IMG/VR virus record: IMGVR_UViG_3300045996_002337
Span: 285,661 to 349,660 of that record
DNA: 64,000 nucleotides
Direction: 5' to 3' (one strand)
Under the pieces are notes generated by a model. That model had not been told where the DNA came from. It saw nothing but the letters and a program-made list of their open reading frames with translations, and made no database searches. The position numbers were made by a program, and so were the translations under genes. Shown piece after piece: positions 1 through 9,315 of this stretch (the first letter of the stretch is position 1; each line of letters begins with the position of its first letter).

Positions 1-197
1 CGTTCATCCTTCGAGTAGTGTGCGCCAATCCAGATACCACCGGCTTGGAACAGCGTGCCGATCGTAAGACGATCAACCTTGAGACTTGATATCATGGGCG
101 AGATGCCGTGCGCCTTCTGGGCACCATGAACGAGAGCTTCCTGCGAGACGTCCCCAAGACGAGGACCTCCTTCAATCACCTTGAGGTTCGTCATCAT
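1..197 (-). CDS. Hypothetical protein, runs off window edge (MMTNLKVIEGGPRLGDVSQEALVHG...)
   Basis: Manual translation; ATGA overlap with the stop of 194..469; open to position 1. Confidence 0.5.
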   Translation of the reverse strand, partial: MMTNLKVIEGGPRLGDVSQEALVHGAQKAHGISPMISSLKVDRLTIGTLFQAGGIWIGAHYSKDE

Positions 198-469
198 TCG
201 ACCTTGCAACCGATAGGATGGCCTTCAGCATCAAGATCGATCACGTAGCCGGCACCGTTCGAACGCCCAACGATCTCGACTAACACCTTGCCGTCCATGC
301 AGTGACGGCGGAAGTTAAGCACATCGCGGTTGGCTGTCTTGCCTTCCACGCCCACGCGCCGGCTTTCCGTAGACACAGAGAATACGATGAGCGCGATGAA
401 CGCTACGGCGAACGCGATGAACCCTATGACGTTGAGAGCTTGCTTGAGGAATTTCATTGTTTGTTCCAA
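194..469 (-). CDS. Small membrane-anchored hypothetical protein
   Basis: One hydrophobic helix (ALNVIGFIAFAVAFIALIVFSV); packed in operon. Confidence 0.6.
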   Translation of the reverse strand: MEQTMKFLKQALNVIGFIAFAVAFIALIVFSVSTESRRVGVEGKTANRDVLNFRRHCMDGKVLVEIVGRSNGAGYVIDLDAEGHPIGCKVE

Positions 470-800
470 GAACGCAGGAAGTTGGCGCCGACATCAAGGC
501 TGACATAGTTGAAGCCCTGCATCCCCTGTTCGGAGTAGGCTACGTCAGAGGCATCGTACCCCGCCCGGGTTAGATAGTCGCGAAGCTCGTCCATGAAGCC
601 CTTGTCGGTGTAGATGAGACCGTGCTGATCCACATCCCACGAGTCCATGGCGAAGTAGACGCGAAGCTCGCCGAACGAGGGTTCCGTTTCGCCGTCTTCC
701 AGTTCTGCGACATACGCAACTACAAGACCGGTGCAGGCGACTGCACGTTGTTCGTCCGTCCAGTAACCGACGCCGTTCGTGCTGAGAGATTCGTTCATTG
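454..800 (-). CDS. Hypothetical phage protein
   Basis: Acidic globular ORF; likely start MNESLST coupled to the upstream stop. Confidence 0.65.
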
Positions 801-959
801 AGCGCATTGTGCGTCCTGCTTTGTCTTCTCGCGGGCAAGCGTTGCTTCAACCTCCTTCTCAACAGCAAACTTATGACCGGCAACGATATGCGAGGTCACA
901 CTGTTCACTGTGATGCCCAGGATAAAAACCGCAAGAACGTAAGCTGTGCTGTTCGGCAT
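795..959 (-). CDS. 54-aa membrane-anchored hypothetical protein (MPNSTAYVLAVFILGITV...), below the ORF-track cutoff
   Basis: Manual translation; SD GGAG; directly downstream of the early promoter at 985-1013; stop overlaps next ATG. Confidence 0.6.
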   Translation of the reverse strand: MPNSTAYVLAVFILGITVNSVTSHIVAGHKFAVEKEVEATLAREKTKQDAQCAQ

Positions 960-984
960 GAAGTCTCCAAGAGTTTATAGATGA

Positions 985-1013
985 ATTATATCCAACCTGC
1001 GCCCAATGTACAC
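985..1013 (-). promoter_or_regulatory. Early (sigma70-type) promoter, CGCAGGTTG family
   Basis: GTGTACA-ttgggCGCAGGTTGga-TATAAT. Confidence 0.75.
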
Positions 1014-1023
1014 AACCTGACGG

Positions 1024-1029
1024 TAAATA
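1024..1029 (+). promoter_or_regulatory. T4-type late promoter TAAATA
   Basis: TAAATA ~30 nt upstream of the only plus-strand gene. Confidence 0.55.
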
Positions 1030-1057
1030 TGTGTAACGTTCTTCTTAAGGATTTCTA

Positions 1058-1519
1058 GTGGCAAAAAAACGCATCCCAAGCTTGGTGGTTGAACGAGCTG
1101 AAGACCAGGGCAATTACTTCTATTTGAGCGTGCTCGAATATCGGCGCGAGAATTATCTCGTCATCATCGATAACATTACAGAAGATGGCATCGGGGCCTA
1201 CGTACTTGATTACGCGCAGCAAGAAGGTCTTGATCTTCGCCAACTTATGAGCGTCGTGACCGAGTGGTTCTATCGCGGCTCATATCGTTACCCGCTCTCA
1301 TTTGAGTTTTCACGTCGTGGCATGGCGCACATGACGAACAGGATTCACAAGAATTTTGAACTTGCGCACGTCACCCGATTGATCGGAAACGACTTTAGGT
1401 TTGACCTCACAGCCCCACCTAAAGTTCGTCGTCGTCGCGTTTCAATGATCCCGGCTGGAGTTGAGATCAAGCTCAGAAAATCAAGCGAGCGCGTAGAGGT
1501 TCTGAAGTTTCCGAAGTAG
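1058..1519 (+). CDS. Hypothetical protein (only plus-strand gene)
   Basis: 153 aa, protein-like composition, occupies otherwise empty sequence, has its own promoter and AAGGA SD. Confidence 0.75.
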   Translation: MAKKRIPSLVVERAEDQGNYFYLSVLEYRRENYLVIIDNITEDGIGAYVLDYAQQEGLDLRQLMSVVTEWFYRGSYRYPLSFEFSRRGMAHMTNRIHKNFELAHVTRLIGNDFRFDLTAPPKVRRRRVSMIPAGVEIKLRKSSERVEVLKFPK

Positions 1520-2503
1520 CCATTCTTCAGCGGCCGCCTCCAGTTCGGGGGTCCGCTTTTGCAGGGTGGTCTCCTTGAGCTTGCGCTGGACAGTGTCGTC
1601 CAGTTCACGTAGGTGGGCTTCGATCACCGGCATGTCAACAAGGCCCTTCTTCACAGAAAGAAGGTACTCGGCATTGCTGCGCGGGAATGTGATCGCTCCA
1701 GTGTCCAATAGCTCGATGGCCTGCTCATAAACGCGGATGGCGTGGGACATCGACTTGTAATCCACCGCTTTTTCAGCAGCTCCAGTCGTGCGTTCGCCAT
1801 ACCCTGCGATAAGCTTCTTCACAGCGGTGTTCAGCGTCTGCAGAGAAGAGGTCTCCAAGTAGCTACGTCCATTCAACTCAAGCGTACGAAGCACCCGGTT
1901 GTTGTTCGGCGTTTCAGAGGTGAGCAGCTCGGCTTCGCGTGCGATCACATCGATCACCTTTTCACCATCGATCAAGTCATCGAGCCGATACTCAGCTTTC
2001 TTTTCCTGCAAGGAAAGCTTAAGCTCTACAGCAGAGATAGCAGCGAGGACCTTGCGAGCTGCATTCAGACGCTCACCGCGTCGAACGTAGTCAAACGTCT
2101 GCTTCATCGCAAACCCGACCATCGAATAGACTTCGGCGTTCGTGAACTTTGCGATCAGTTCCTGAAGAAGCTCTTGCATCTCAGGAGGGGTGCTGGTATT
2201 CTTCACCCCGCCGAAGGCGATTTCAAGTGCGTAAGTTTGCCCTGCCACGAAGTCGCGAACGAACGTTTGAAGTGGGAAGTACTCCGTCTCGACACCATTA
2301 TCAGGCATCGATTTATCGACTGCAACAGGTTCACCGTCAGCGTCAACCCGCGTCTTGAAGATGCGAGGAGCTTTGCCTAGCAGCAAACTGTCGAGTGAGG
2401 GGAGGTACACGACCTTGTTGTCGGTATCAGAAGTAGGCGTTGAGGTACCGTACAGCTTCGAGCCATATGTCACCTCAAAAAGATTCGTGGTTTGATCTGT
2501 CAA
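1481..2503 (-). CDS. Pol-beta superfamily nucleotidyltransferase (RlaP/Nuc-transf-like) with C-terminal helical domain
   Basis: YGSKLYGTSTPTSDTD = GS-x-x-YG...SDxD motif; C-terminal YKSMSHAIRV...ELLDTG; TTG start after AGGAG. Confidence 0.8.
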   Translation of the reverse strand: MTDQTTNLFEVTYGSKLYGTSTPTSDTDNKVVYLPSLDSLLLGKAPRIFKTRVDADGEPVAVDKSMPDNGVETEYFPLQTFVRDFVAGQTYALEIAFGGVKNTSTPPEMQELLQELIAKFTNAEVYSMVGFAMKQTFDYVRRGERLNAARKVLAAISAVELKLSLQEKKAEYRLDDLIDGEKVIDVIAREAELLTSETPNNNRVLRTLELNGRSYLETSSLQTLNTAVKKLIAGYGERTTGAAEKAVDYKSMSHAIRVYEQAIELLDTGAITFPRSNAEYLLSVKKGLVDMPVIEAHLRELDDTVQRKLKETTLQKRTPELEAAAEEWLLRKLQNLYALA

Positions 2504-2547
2504 CAGAAACTCCTAAATTAAGTGCAGCGAAACGTTGCAAGGCTTTT

Positions 2548-3048
2548 TCATTCGACCTCGAGCTCCTCGACGCGGTATGAGTTGTCACGTCTGCGTGAGT
2601 AGTCGTAGACGTAGTACGGTGCGGAGGCGTAGTGATTACGCTCTTCCACCGGCACGTTCAGCGCGTCGAAGACCTTTGTCGCTGCTTTGCCCAGGTCTTC
2701 GAAGTAGACCTGAAGCTTTGCCTCGTATTCGAAATGTACCGCCTTGTTGTACATCTCAACGCGCTCCTTCTCGTCCCAGTAGGTCTGCGGCCACAGATCT
2801 TTCTTCAAACCCTTCGGCTGCTTAGGTTGCAGTAACAGGTCTGGCCGTGGGGGTGGGCGGACGGCCACACTAATTGTGCTGAACATGACCGCGAACTTGT
2901 CGCGGATTTCCCAGTAGGCACGATCCGCCTCCTTGAGCATGAGGATGGCGTACTCAGCTTTGGCATGGTCAAGGTAGCCTTTTATCAGCTCCTCACCAGC
3001 GTCCTCGTACTCTCCCCAGGATTCAATCACAACATAAATTTTGTTCAT
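2548..3048 (-). CDS. Hypothetical protein
   Basis: 166-aa ORF; TGnTATAAT 6 nt upstream of ATG. Confidence 0.65.
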   Translation of the reverse strand: MNKIYVVIESWGEYEDAGEELIKGYLDHAKAEYAILMLKEADRAYWEIRDKFAVMFSTISVAVRPPPRPDLLLQPKQPKGLKKDLWPQTYWDEKERVEMYNKAVHFEYEAKLQVYFEDLGKAATKVFDALNVPVEERNHYASAPYYVYDYSRRRDNSYRVEELEVE

Positions 3049-3067
3049 GCTGTGATTATATCACAAA

Positions 3068-3559
3068 TCAACTAACAGCGACTTCTTCGATCACACGATT
3101 GAACAGCTCATCCATGATGGCGATGAAGCGGGTCTTGATACGCATTTCGTTCTTGATGCCGCGGAAGCCAGCCTCAAAATCAGTGATGGCTGCATCATCA
3201 CCAAACTCTTGACGAATCTTCGCAATACCAACGGTGTAGAGCGGGGTCATCGTGGTGCCGGTGTTTGAGCGGGCGCCGTGATAGCCGATCGTATCGAGGA
3301 ACTGCTGAGTGGCAATTGACATCATGCGGCCAAGCAGCTCCGGGCTCATGTGCTCCGGGCGATTGTAAAGCGTGGCGTCGTGAATGTACCCTTGAAACTT
3401 CGGGTTCTTGGTCTGCGCCGTGCGAGCACGGGCGCAGTGACCACCCTGCGAAAGGGTTCCATCTTCACGAAGAATGGATGATGCAAAGAATTGCTTTTGC
3501 TCAGCAAGACCATTGCGTTCGAAATCGGCAGCGGAAACGGGGTTGACTTTAACGGACAT
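3068..3559 (-). CDS. Hypothetical protein
   Basis: 163-aa ORF with GGAGA SD; preceded by a ~110-nt leader. Confidence 0.7.
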   Translation of the reverse strand: MSVKVNPVSAADFERNGLAEQKQFFASSILREDGTLSQGGHCARARTAQTKNPKFQGYIHDATLYNRPEHMSPELLGRMMSIATQQFLDTIGYHGARSNTGTTMTPLYTVGIAKIRQEFGDDAAITDFEAGFRGIKNEMRIKTRFIAIMDELFNRVIEEVAVS

Positions 3560-3670
3560 AGATTTCTCCAGGATAGCAGGTGGAAGATGCCAGCACTTTG
3601 GTATTCCCTAGGGGAAGTTCCTACTCATGTGGCGGTTTGATATCGGTTACTCTTTGCAACCGATGAAGCT

Positions 3671-3691
3671 ATTATAAGCTCCGGGTATTTA
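3671..3691 (-). promoter_or_regulatory. Tandem TAAATA (late) and TATAAT (-10) promoter elements
   Basis: Minus strand gaTAAATAcccggagctTATAAT. Confidence 0.5.
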
Positions 3692-3711
3692 TCGTGTTCA
3701 GCACGTTTAGG

Positions 3712-4284
3712 TTACACTCTACCTTGCTCGATCAAGTGTAACTGAAGCCAGACGACGTACGAGTAGGCCAAGGCGTGTGACTTCTTGAAGGAGTAACCGG
3801 ACTCATCCTTCGCGTACAGAATCCTTCGTGCAGCTTCGCGGTCCTTCTTGTAGAGGCCGATGAAGTTCTTCTTGCCAGGTCGAATGAGGGCCATGATGTC
3901 AGCAACCTCCATGATCGACGTTGGCTTCAGATCGCAGAGAAGATCGCCATGCTTGGCCAGCTGAAAAATCTTGTCATGGTTAGACGGAACGAGCAGCAGC
4001 TTCCAATCGGGTTCTTTCTTCAGCAGCTCGTCAATCTCGGCTCTGCTTGTAAAGTGCTTGTACACAGTGAGGTGGAGAAAGTCAACCTTCAGGTAGCCCA
4101 GGTCCTCTGCCTCTTCATATGGGATTGCCGCTAGGCCGGTCACCGGGTCCTTTGCAATTTTTTGTGGATACACTCCACATGGATGTGGAGTCAGCTTGCC
4201 GTCTTTCAGCAAACTGGCCCGCACCCACGTTTTAAAGAGGGTGGTTGGCTTGAAATCGGGGGTGATGTCAATATCGACGTCCAA
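3712..4284 (-). CDS. dnaE: Split minimal DNA polymerase III alpha (DnaE), C-terminal catalytic fragment
   Basis: DVDID (D401/D403 equivalent), HPCGVY, KVDFLHL (D555 equivalent), LIRPG, GYSFKKSHALAY; TTG start. Confidence 0.85.
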   Translation of the reverse strand: MDVDIDITPDFKPTTLFKTWVRASLLKDGKLTPHPCGVYPQKIAKDPVTGLAAIPYEEAEDLGYLKVDFLHLTVYKHFTSRAEIDELLKKEPDWKLLLVPSNHDKIFQLAKHGDLLCDLKPTSIMEVADIMALIRPGKKNFIGLYKKDREAARRILYAKDESGYSFKKSHALAYSYVVWLQLHLIEQGRV

Positions 4285-4285
4285 A

Positions 4286-4501
4286 TTAAATGTCCCTCAT
4301 GTTGTCAAGCTTAATCATCATTACGATCTGTGGTACCGCTTCTCGCCATCTTAACATGATCAGTGGGTCATCAGACTCACAAATCAGGATGTCAAAATAT
4401 CCACGACGGACAGCATGGAGGTTCAGTAGCGCAGTATTGAACACACGTGAATAGAAAGCCTTTGAATGCCCATCCATGCCCTCGAAGATCTTTCGAGTCA
4501 T
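4286..4501 (-). CDS. Small hypothetical protein
   Basis: ATGA overlap with upstream gene; fills the gap before the dnaE fragment. Confidence 0.5.
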   Translation of the reverse strand: MTRKIFEGMDGHSKAFYSRVFNTALLNLHAVRRGYFDILICESDDPLIMLRWREAVPQIVMMIKLDNMRDI

Positions 4502-5262
4502 AGACCCAATTCCTTCGTCGCCTTGCAAAAATCGGTAAACATGTCGCGTGTCTTTTCAGACTGGTTGATCCGCGAGATCATTGCACCAACCTGAACGGCA
4601 TCTTCAAGCCGCAGCGAATCATCAGGAGTTTGGTTCTTAAGCCACTCTCTAAACGCTGTTGATGCTACTAGAAACCACGCAGAGAGCTTTCTTCGTTGCA
4701 CCAGGTCGAGCACCTTGTTCACACCAACCGCCGTAAAAACATCACGCAACGGGACCTCATGACTTTGTGAGAGCTCAGTCACCAAATCAATGCTATCAAT
4801 GAACTGCTTCGTCGGTGGAACAACCTTGTCATACCCCTGCAGGTACAGGGCGTACACGTTGTCGCGACACCACAATGATGGCTGCACGTTACCATTGTCC
4901 ACCATTGCCTTAACGAAAGCCATTGGCGTCGGCATGTTCACGCGAAGAACGTGGTTAGCAAACTTGATGAACGTAGAAAAATACGACGAGGCGCTAAACG
5001 TTTCGATTGGTGGGACTGACCTTCTGTTGAGGCGCATCCACTCGCTGTAATAGGCGTAAGCGGCTTGACCAATTGGGCTTCGTAGCTCGTCAAGCTTCTC
5101 ACGTTCACGACAACGGTGATTCATGAACGTACGCTCACTCACGAAGTCATGATTGCAAAACGTGCAGCCCCACTTCACCTTACGTTGCAGCGGAGCTTCG
5201 GCCTCAACGGTTTGGTTTCTTCTTGCTGCTGCTTGGTTTCTCAGTGCTTCCCGATCCATCAC
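4498..5262 (-). CDS. Zinc-finger-containing hypothetical protein
   Basis: WGCTFCNHDFVSERTFMNHRC (CxxC...HxC) followed by a helical domain. Confidence 0.7.
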   Translation of the reverse strand: MMDREALRNQAAARRNQTVEAEAPLQRKVKWGCTFCNHDFVSERTFMNHRCREREKLDELRSPIGQAAYAYYSEWMRLNRRSVPPIETFSASSYFSTFIKFANHVLRVNMPTPMAFVKAMVDNGNVQPSLWCRDNVYALYLQGYDKVVPPTKQFIDSIDLVTELSQSHEVPLRDVFTAVGVNKVLDLVQRRKLSAWFLVASTAFREWLKNQTPDDSLRLEDAVQVGAMISRINQSEKTRDMFTDFCKATKELGL

Positions 5263-5707
5263 CCACCTCTTTCTTGAGTTTCGTCAGTTCCTCTTTCTCC
5301 CACCCAAGTTCCTCCGCCATCTGCATGATCGTTTCACCATCGATGTTAATCGCATAGAGGGTAGCTTCACGCGTGGACACGTCGTAATACTGCTTGATGG
5401 CTTCTAACCGCAGCTTGGTCGCGCTCTTGGCACCAGGGGCCTTCAGCCATTGATACCTACGACTCTTGCCCGTGGCCGCCGCGGCCAACAGCTTAAACAG
5501 CAGTGCCTTCTCTTGTCCCAGAGAAAACCCATAGGGGTTAACAAACGTATTTAGCCGAATCAGCTGGGCGTGATCAGAAGTTCCAGTCATCCACCTCGCG
5601 ATTACGAATGGTGAAGCTGCCTTCTTGTCCTCAGGGCTGAGGCGATCATACCACGTCATGTCCCGCCCGGAGATCTTTTCCAATCCGTCGAATAGATCAA
5701 ACGCCAC
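5204..5707 (-). CDS. Clamp loader small subunit (T4 gp62-like)
   Basis: SPFVIARWMTG...NTF...LFKLL...RYQWLK pattern; next to gp44 homolog; GTG start after GGAG. Confidence 0.65.
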   Translation of the reverse strand: MAFDLFDGLEKISGRDMTWYDRLSPEDKKAASPFVIARWMTGTSDHAQLIRLNTFVNPYGFSLGQEKALLFKLLAAAATGKSRRYQWLKAPGAKSATKLRLEAIKQYYDVSTREATLYAINIDGETIMQMAEELGWEKEELTKLKKEVGDGSGSTEKPSSSKKKPNR

Positions 5708-5821
5708 GTGTAATTCTCCAACCTGTAGTCCAAAGATCAACGCGAAAGAACCACTTGCCATCATGCTTTCCGAGACCAACCCGTATCATGCGGTTATTTT
5801 TATCAAGTGGTAGCTTTGTAA

Positions 5822-6049
5822 TCATGCGAGCTCAACGATGTACGTAGTTGGTGATGTTTCAGTAATTTTAGCACGAACCTTCCACCCCGCGAAGCTGATG
5901 TAAGGACCCTCGGTTGCAGTGAAGTGAATCTTCAAATCTTCAGTTGCCTCAACAGCGCCATCAATGACGTGCTCCATGAGCGCGCTCTGAATTCCAGCAG
6001 GGAGCTGAGTGAAGAAGCAGGTGCCAATTGGCCATGTATCGGTAATCAT
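5822..6049 (-). CDS. Small hypothetical protein
   Basis: Likely start MITDTWP after AGGA; annotated longer ORF 5822..6169. Confidence 0.45.
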   Translation of the reverse strand: MITDTWPIGTCFFTQLPAGIQSALMEHVIDGAVEATEDLKIHFTATEGPYISFAGWKVRAKITETSPTTYIVELA

Positions 6050-6193
6050 AGTTGTTTTTCCTGTAGTTTTAGGCACCGCTGACAGCGACGCCGCGTAAAC
6101 CAAAAAGAGCGTCTTCGCTTCTGAAAAGGATTCGACCATGGCGTCCACAAGTGAAAGCCGAGGCGACACCTCCAGTTCATGTCATCGTCTCAA

Positions 6194-7108
6194 TCACAGA
6201 AGCGCAGCAATCTCAATGAAGAGTGCGGCGATCTGCAGTTCAGGATCTGACACGAATGAGTGTTGATACTGATACTGTGCAATGAGGACGACGGCTTCAT
6301 CTTGCGCCTTCAGCTTCTTGCAGCGGTGAAGATTGTCGTAGAGAAAGCGATAGACCTCCAACAGCTCTTCCTTCGTGGCGGTTTCACACACGAGTTTACG
6401 GCACGCGCGGATGTCTCCAGCTTCAAGTAGGGGTAGGAGCTGGAGCTTCCAGTCGTGTGCGGCCCCACCACCGTCGATCTGCAGTTTGCCACCAATAGAA
6501 CCGCTCTCAAGGAGCTGGATGATCTTGCGGAAGTCTGGATAACCGGCGGCGACAACCTTCTCGAGGTCTTCAACTTCAAACGTGATGTCCTCAGCAACAA
6601 GGATGTCGGCAGCCTTGAGCAGCACGTCATCTTTTGACGGAGCCGCGAACACGAACTCTTGAAACCGTGAACGAAGCGCCGGTGTGATCTTGTTGATGTA
6701 ATTACACGTCGCGATGTAGCGGCAGGATGTTGAAGTAGATTCAATGAGGTCACGGAGCAGGGCTTGTGCGTCATGACCAAGGTAATCAAACTCCTCTAGG
6801 CGGACCACCTTGAACTTACCAATCGCCATGGTCATGGCGAAGTTCTTCACCTTGTCCCGCATTGCATCAATTTTTTCGTCTGAGCAGTTGACCTTCAGGA
6901 CATCACTTCGATCGACACCGAGGGACCTGATCAACGCCAGTGACATGGAACTTTTGCCAGTCCCTGGGCCCCCCTGCAGAAGCAGGTTTGGAATTTGGCC
7001 TTCTGACACATAGCTGTCAAATTTCTGACGGTCACGTTCATTAGTAACGATGACATCACTGACCTCTTTAGGCCGATATTTTTCACACCAAAGTTTTTTC
7101 ACAGTCAT
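6194..7108 (-). CDS. Clamp loader AAA+ subunit (T4 gp44/RFC small subunit family)
   Basis: LWCEKYRP, PNLLLQGGPGTGKS, KVVRLEEFDYL, ALRSRF (SRC motif). Confidence 0.92.
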   Translation of the reverse strand: MTVKKLWCEKYRPKEVSDVIVTNERDRQKFDSYVSEGQIPNLLLQGGPGTGKSSMSLALIRSLGVDRSDVLKVNCSDEKIDAMRDKVKNFAMTMAIGKFKVVRLEEFDYLGHDAQALLRDLIESTSTSCRYIATCNYINKITPALRSRFQEFVFAAPSKDDVLLKAADILVAEDITFEVEDLEKVVAAGYPDFRKIIQLLESGSIGGKLQIDGGGAAHDWKLQLLPLLEAGDIRACRKLVCETATKEELLEVYRFLYDNLHRCKKLKAQDEAVVLIAQYQYQHSFVSDPELQIAALFIEIAALL

Positions 7109-7173
7109 GGTTCCAGATAAAACAAGGCACGACACCTTCTATGGTGTCATTTTAACATGTAAGACGCGAGGTC

Positions 7174-8388
7174 TTACTTCTTTTCAGGGGTCGTAATTGA
7201 CGAGGCTCGCTTGAACCCCGTTGTGGTGCGCGCGTCAACCACAGTGTTCGGATCAGGCTTAATAAGACCTAATGAAGATTTCGTGATCTGCTCCCGAACC
7301 GGTGGGGCATCAACGCTCACCACGCTTGTTAAGCCAGTCTGTGGCGCTGGCTCTTCGGCCGGCGTAGGAAGGTCAACGTTATCCATTACCTGAACGTCTT
7401 CACGTTTTACCTCTGGCACTTCCGAGACCTCTAGAAACTCGTCCTCGGGTTCTGGCTGAGGAGGTTCTTCCTTTGATGACTCGACAGGAAAAACCACAGG
7501 TGGAAGAGAGTCCCCTTCTTTCACAGAAGGATAGAGACGTTCGAAAATTGGAGGCTGCGGGTCTTCATTCAGCTTTCGCTGTTGCTCCGCATGAAAGGCT
7601 TCTTCCTCTGGATCTGGAACGTAGTGCTGCGGGCCCAAAGGCTCCTCGACCACGCTGTGCTTCACGGGATCGTAGGCAGCCAGCTTCTCCTGAAGAGGGG
7701 TTTCCTTTTGAGACTTGCGATGGGCCCAGAGGAAGTTGCCAGCGATGATCAGGAAGATGGCCAACGGGTCGAACACGAAGATGATCATGAGGATCACCCA
7801 CTTCACTGCCTGCTCTACTGGCACGTCAAAGGCCTTCGCAACGTAGAGAATCGGGCCGGCTTTTGCTTCAGTGCCAATCTGGGTGATCTGCAAAGCGGGC
7901 AATTCCCGATCAATGGTCGCGAGTTGTTCAGTGACCGCCTTTTGCTCACCTTCAAACTGCTTCATCAGGGTGATTCGCGAACGAGAGTAGTTTGAAGGCA
8001 GCTTTGCGATCTGATCGTCAATCTGTTTCTTACGTTCAAGCAGTCGTGTTTGCTGTTCCTTCAACACGCTCACCTTCAGCTCACCTTCCTTCGTTCCAAG
8101 GATCGCCTTCTGAAACTCACCGGACAAATATCCGGCGGCGCCCGCAGAAGTAATCGTCATTGTCACCGCCGCGGCTACAAGAGCATACGACTTCATCAGC
8201 TTTGAAAGGTCCTTCCAGTAAGTGTATAGGAGGGACACAACCACGATCTTGCCAACGTCTAGTGCGATAGCGAGTGCGATGATGATTGGATTGGCACCGA
8301 AAAGTGCCGAGATGCCAATGACAGAAACGAGAGAACCGAGCCCTTCGATAAAGAGGGCTGCGGCAAAGGTGAGAATGATGAAGAACAT
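7174..8388 (-). CDS. Membrane protein with coiled coil and acidic/Pro-rich C-terminal tail
   Basis: 3 N-terminal TM helices, coiled coil, IIFVFDPLAIFLIIA helix. Confidence 0.75.
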   Translation of the reverse strand: MFFIILTFAAALFIEGLGSLVSVIGISALFGANPIIIALAIALDVGKIVVVSLLYTYWKDLSKLMKSYALVAAAVTMTITSAGAAGYLSGEFQKAILGTKEGELKVSVLKEQQTRLLERKKQIDDQIAKLPSNYSRSRITLMKQFEGEQKAVTEQLATIDRELPALQITQIGTEAKAGPILYVAKAFDVPVEQAVKWVILMIIFVFDPLAIFLIIAGNFLWAHRKSQKETPLQEKLAAYDPVKHSVVEEPLGPQHYVPDPEEEAFHAEQQRKLNEDPQPPIFERLYPSVKEGDSLPPVVFPVESSKEEPPQPEPEDEFLEVSEVPEVKREDVQVMDNVDLPTPAEEPAPQTGLTSVVSVDAPPVREQITKSSLGLIKPDPNTVVDARTTTGFKRASSITTPEKK

Positions 8389-8406
8389 TAGGGGTCTTTG
8401 TAAACT

Positions 8407-8967
8407 TTAGACGACGTGGGCGCCGAACTGCAGGGTGACAAAGGAACACTTCTCAATCATTTCAGCAGTCAACACGGTCGTGATACGACGGGGTTTCAAT
8501 GTTTCTAGATCGAAGATCGTACTAACGACTTGATCACCAATTGAGTAGTTTTCCAACACTTCACGGTGCGGCATCTCGAGCCGATACGGAAAAATTGTGA
8601 CGGTCGAAAAGCTGTTATATCCCATGTCAAGCACCTCTTTCAGCGCTTGCATATTTGGTTCACCGCGCTCAATTGATTCCAAAACTGAAAGCGAAATTTT
8701 CAAGCGCAGGTTCGCTGTTAATGTTGTCACCTGCTCCTCGAAAGGAATTTCAAAGTCGATTGGGAGAGCCTCAGCCGGAATAAAATTTGGTGGGTTTGAG
8801 AATGCCGAATCGTCTTCACTCTTGATAATCTTACTTCCACGAACAGTCTCGGCGGGCCCTCGCATCTGCTCACCAATTTGAATTTTTGGGTTGCACAGCT
8901 GAAGCCCACGGATGGATAGATCCATGAGGGCCTTATCCGTGTACTTGATAAGATTGGATTTTGACAT
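8407..8967 (-). CDS. Hypothetical protein
   Basis: Likely start MSKSNLIK immediately after the groES stop. Confidence 0.6.
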   Translation of the reverse strand: MSKSNLIKYTDKALMDLSIRGLQLCNPKIQIGEQMRGPAETVRGSKIIKSEDDSAFSNPPNFIPAEALPIDFEIPFEEQVTTLTANLRLKISLSVLESIERGEPNMQALKEVLDMGYNSFSTVTIFPYRLEMPHREVLENYSIGDQVVSTIFDLETLKPRRITTVLTAEMIEKCSFVTLQFGAHVV

Positions 8968-8968
8968 T

Positions 8969-9292
8969 TTAGAAGCTTGTCTTGTACGTTTCGGTGACGT
9001 CGTCCGTGACAAGCACAATCTTCGAGTCGTCGGTTTTCCACATCTTCTCACCGTCAACTTCGGTGCCAAAGGACCACATGAGGGCCTCGATCAGAATGTA
9101 TTCACCGACGGCGACTTGGGCGTCAGGTCCGACTGCGACGACCTTACCCCAACGTGGGAGCTTCTGGCTTGAATCAAGGGTGGGCAAGATGATGCCACCT
9201 TCGGTCTTGCGGTCAGTAAACTTTCCCTTGGACCCTGCGGTCTCATCGAGAAATTTGAACATGACGTTGTTCTTGAGGGGAAGGATGTTCAT
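8969..9292 (-). CDS. groES: GroES-like co-chaperonin
   Basis: ILPLKNNV...TEGGIILP...GKVVAVGPDA..VAVGEYIL. Confidence 0.88.
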   Translation of the reverse strand: MNILPLKNNVMFKFLDETAGSKGKFTDRKTEGGIILPTLDSSQKLPRWGKVVAVGPDAQVAVGEYILIEALMWSFGTEVDGEKMWKTDDSKIVLVTDDVTETYKTSF

Positions 9293-9315
9293 ATGAGTAT
9301 GGTTATGTTAACGGA

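Noticed and set aside
3600-3670. c-di-GMP-I or fluoride riboswitch
   Set aside because: Shares only short words (GCAAAG, GTAACCGAT, AAACCGCC); the order and pairing of conserved elements do not fit. Kept only as an unclassified structured leader
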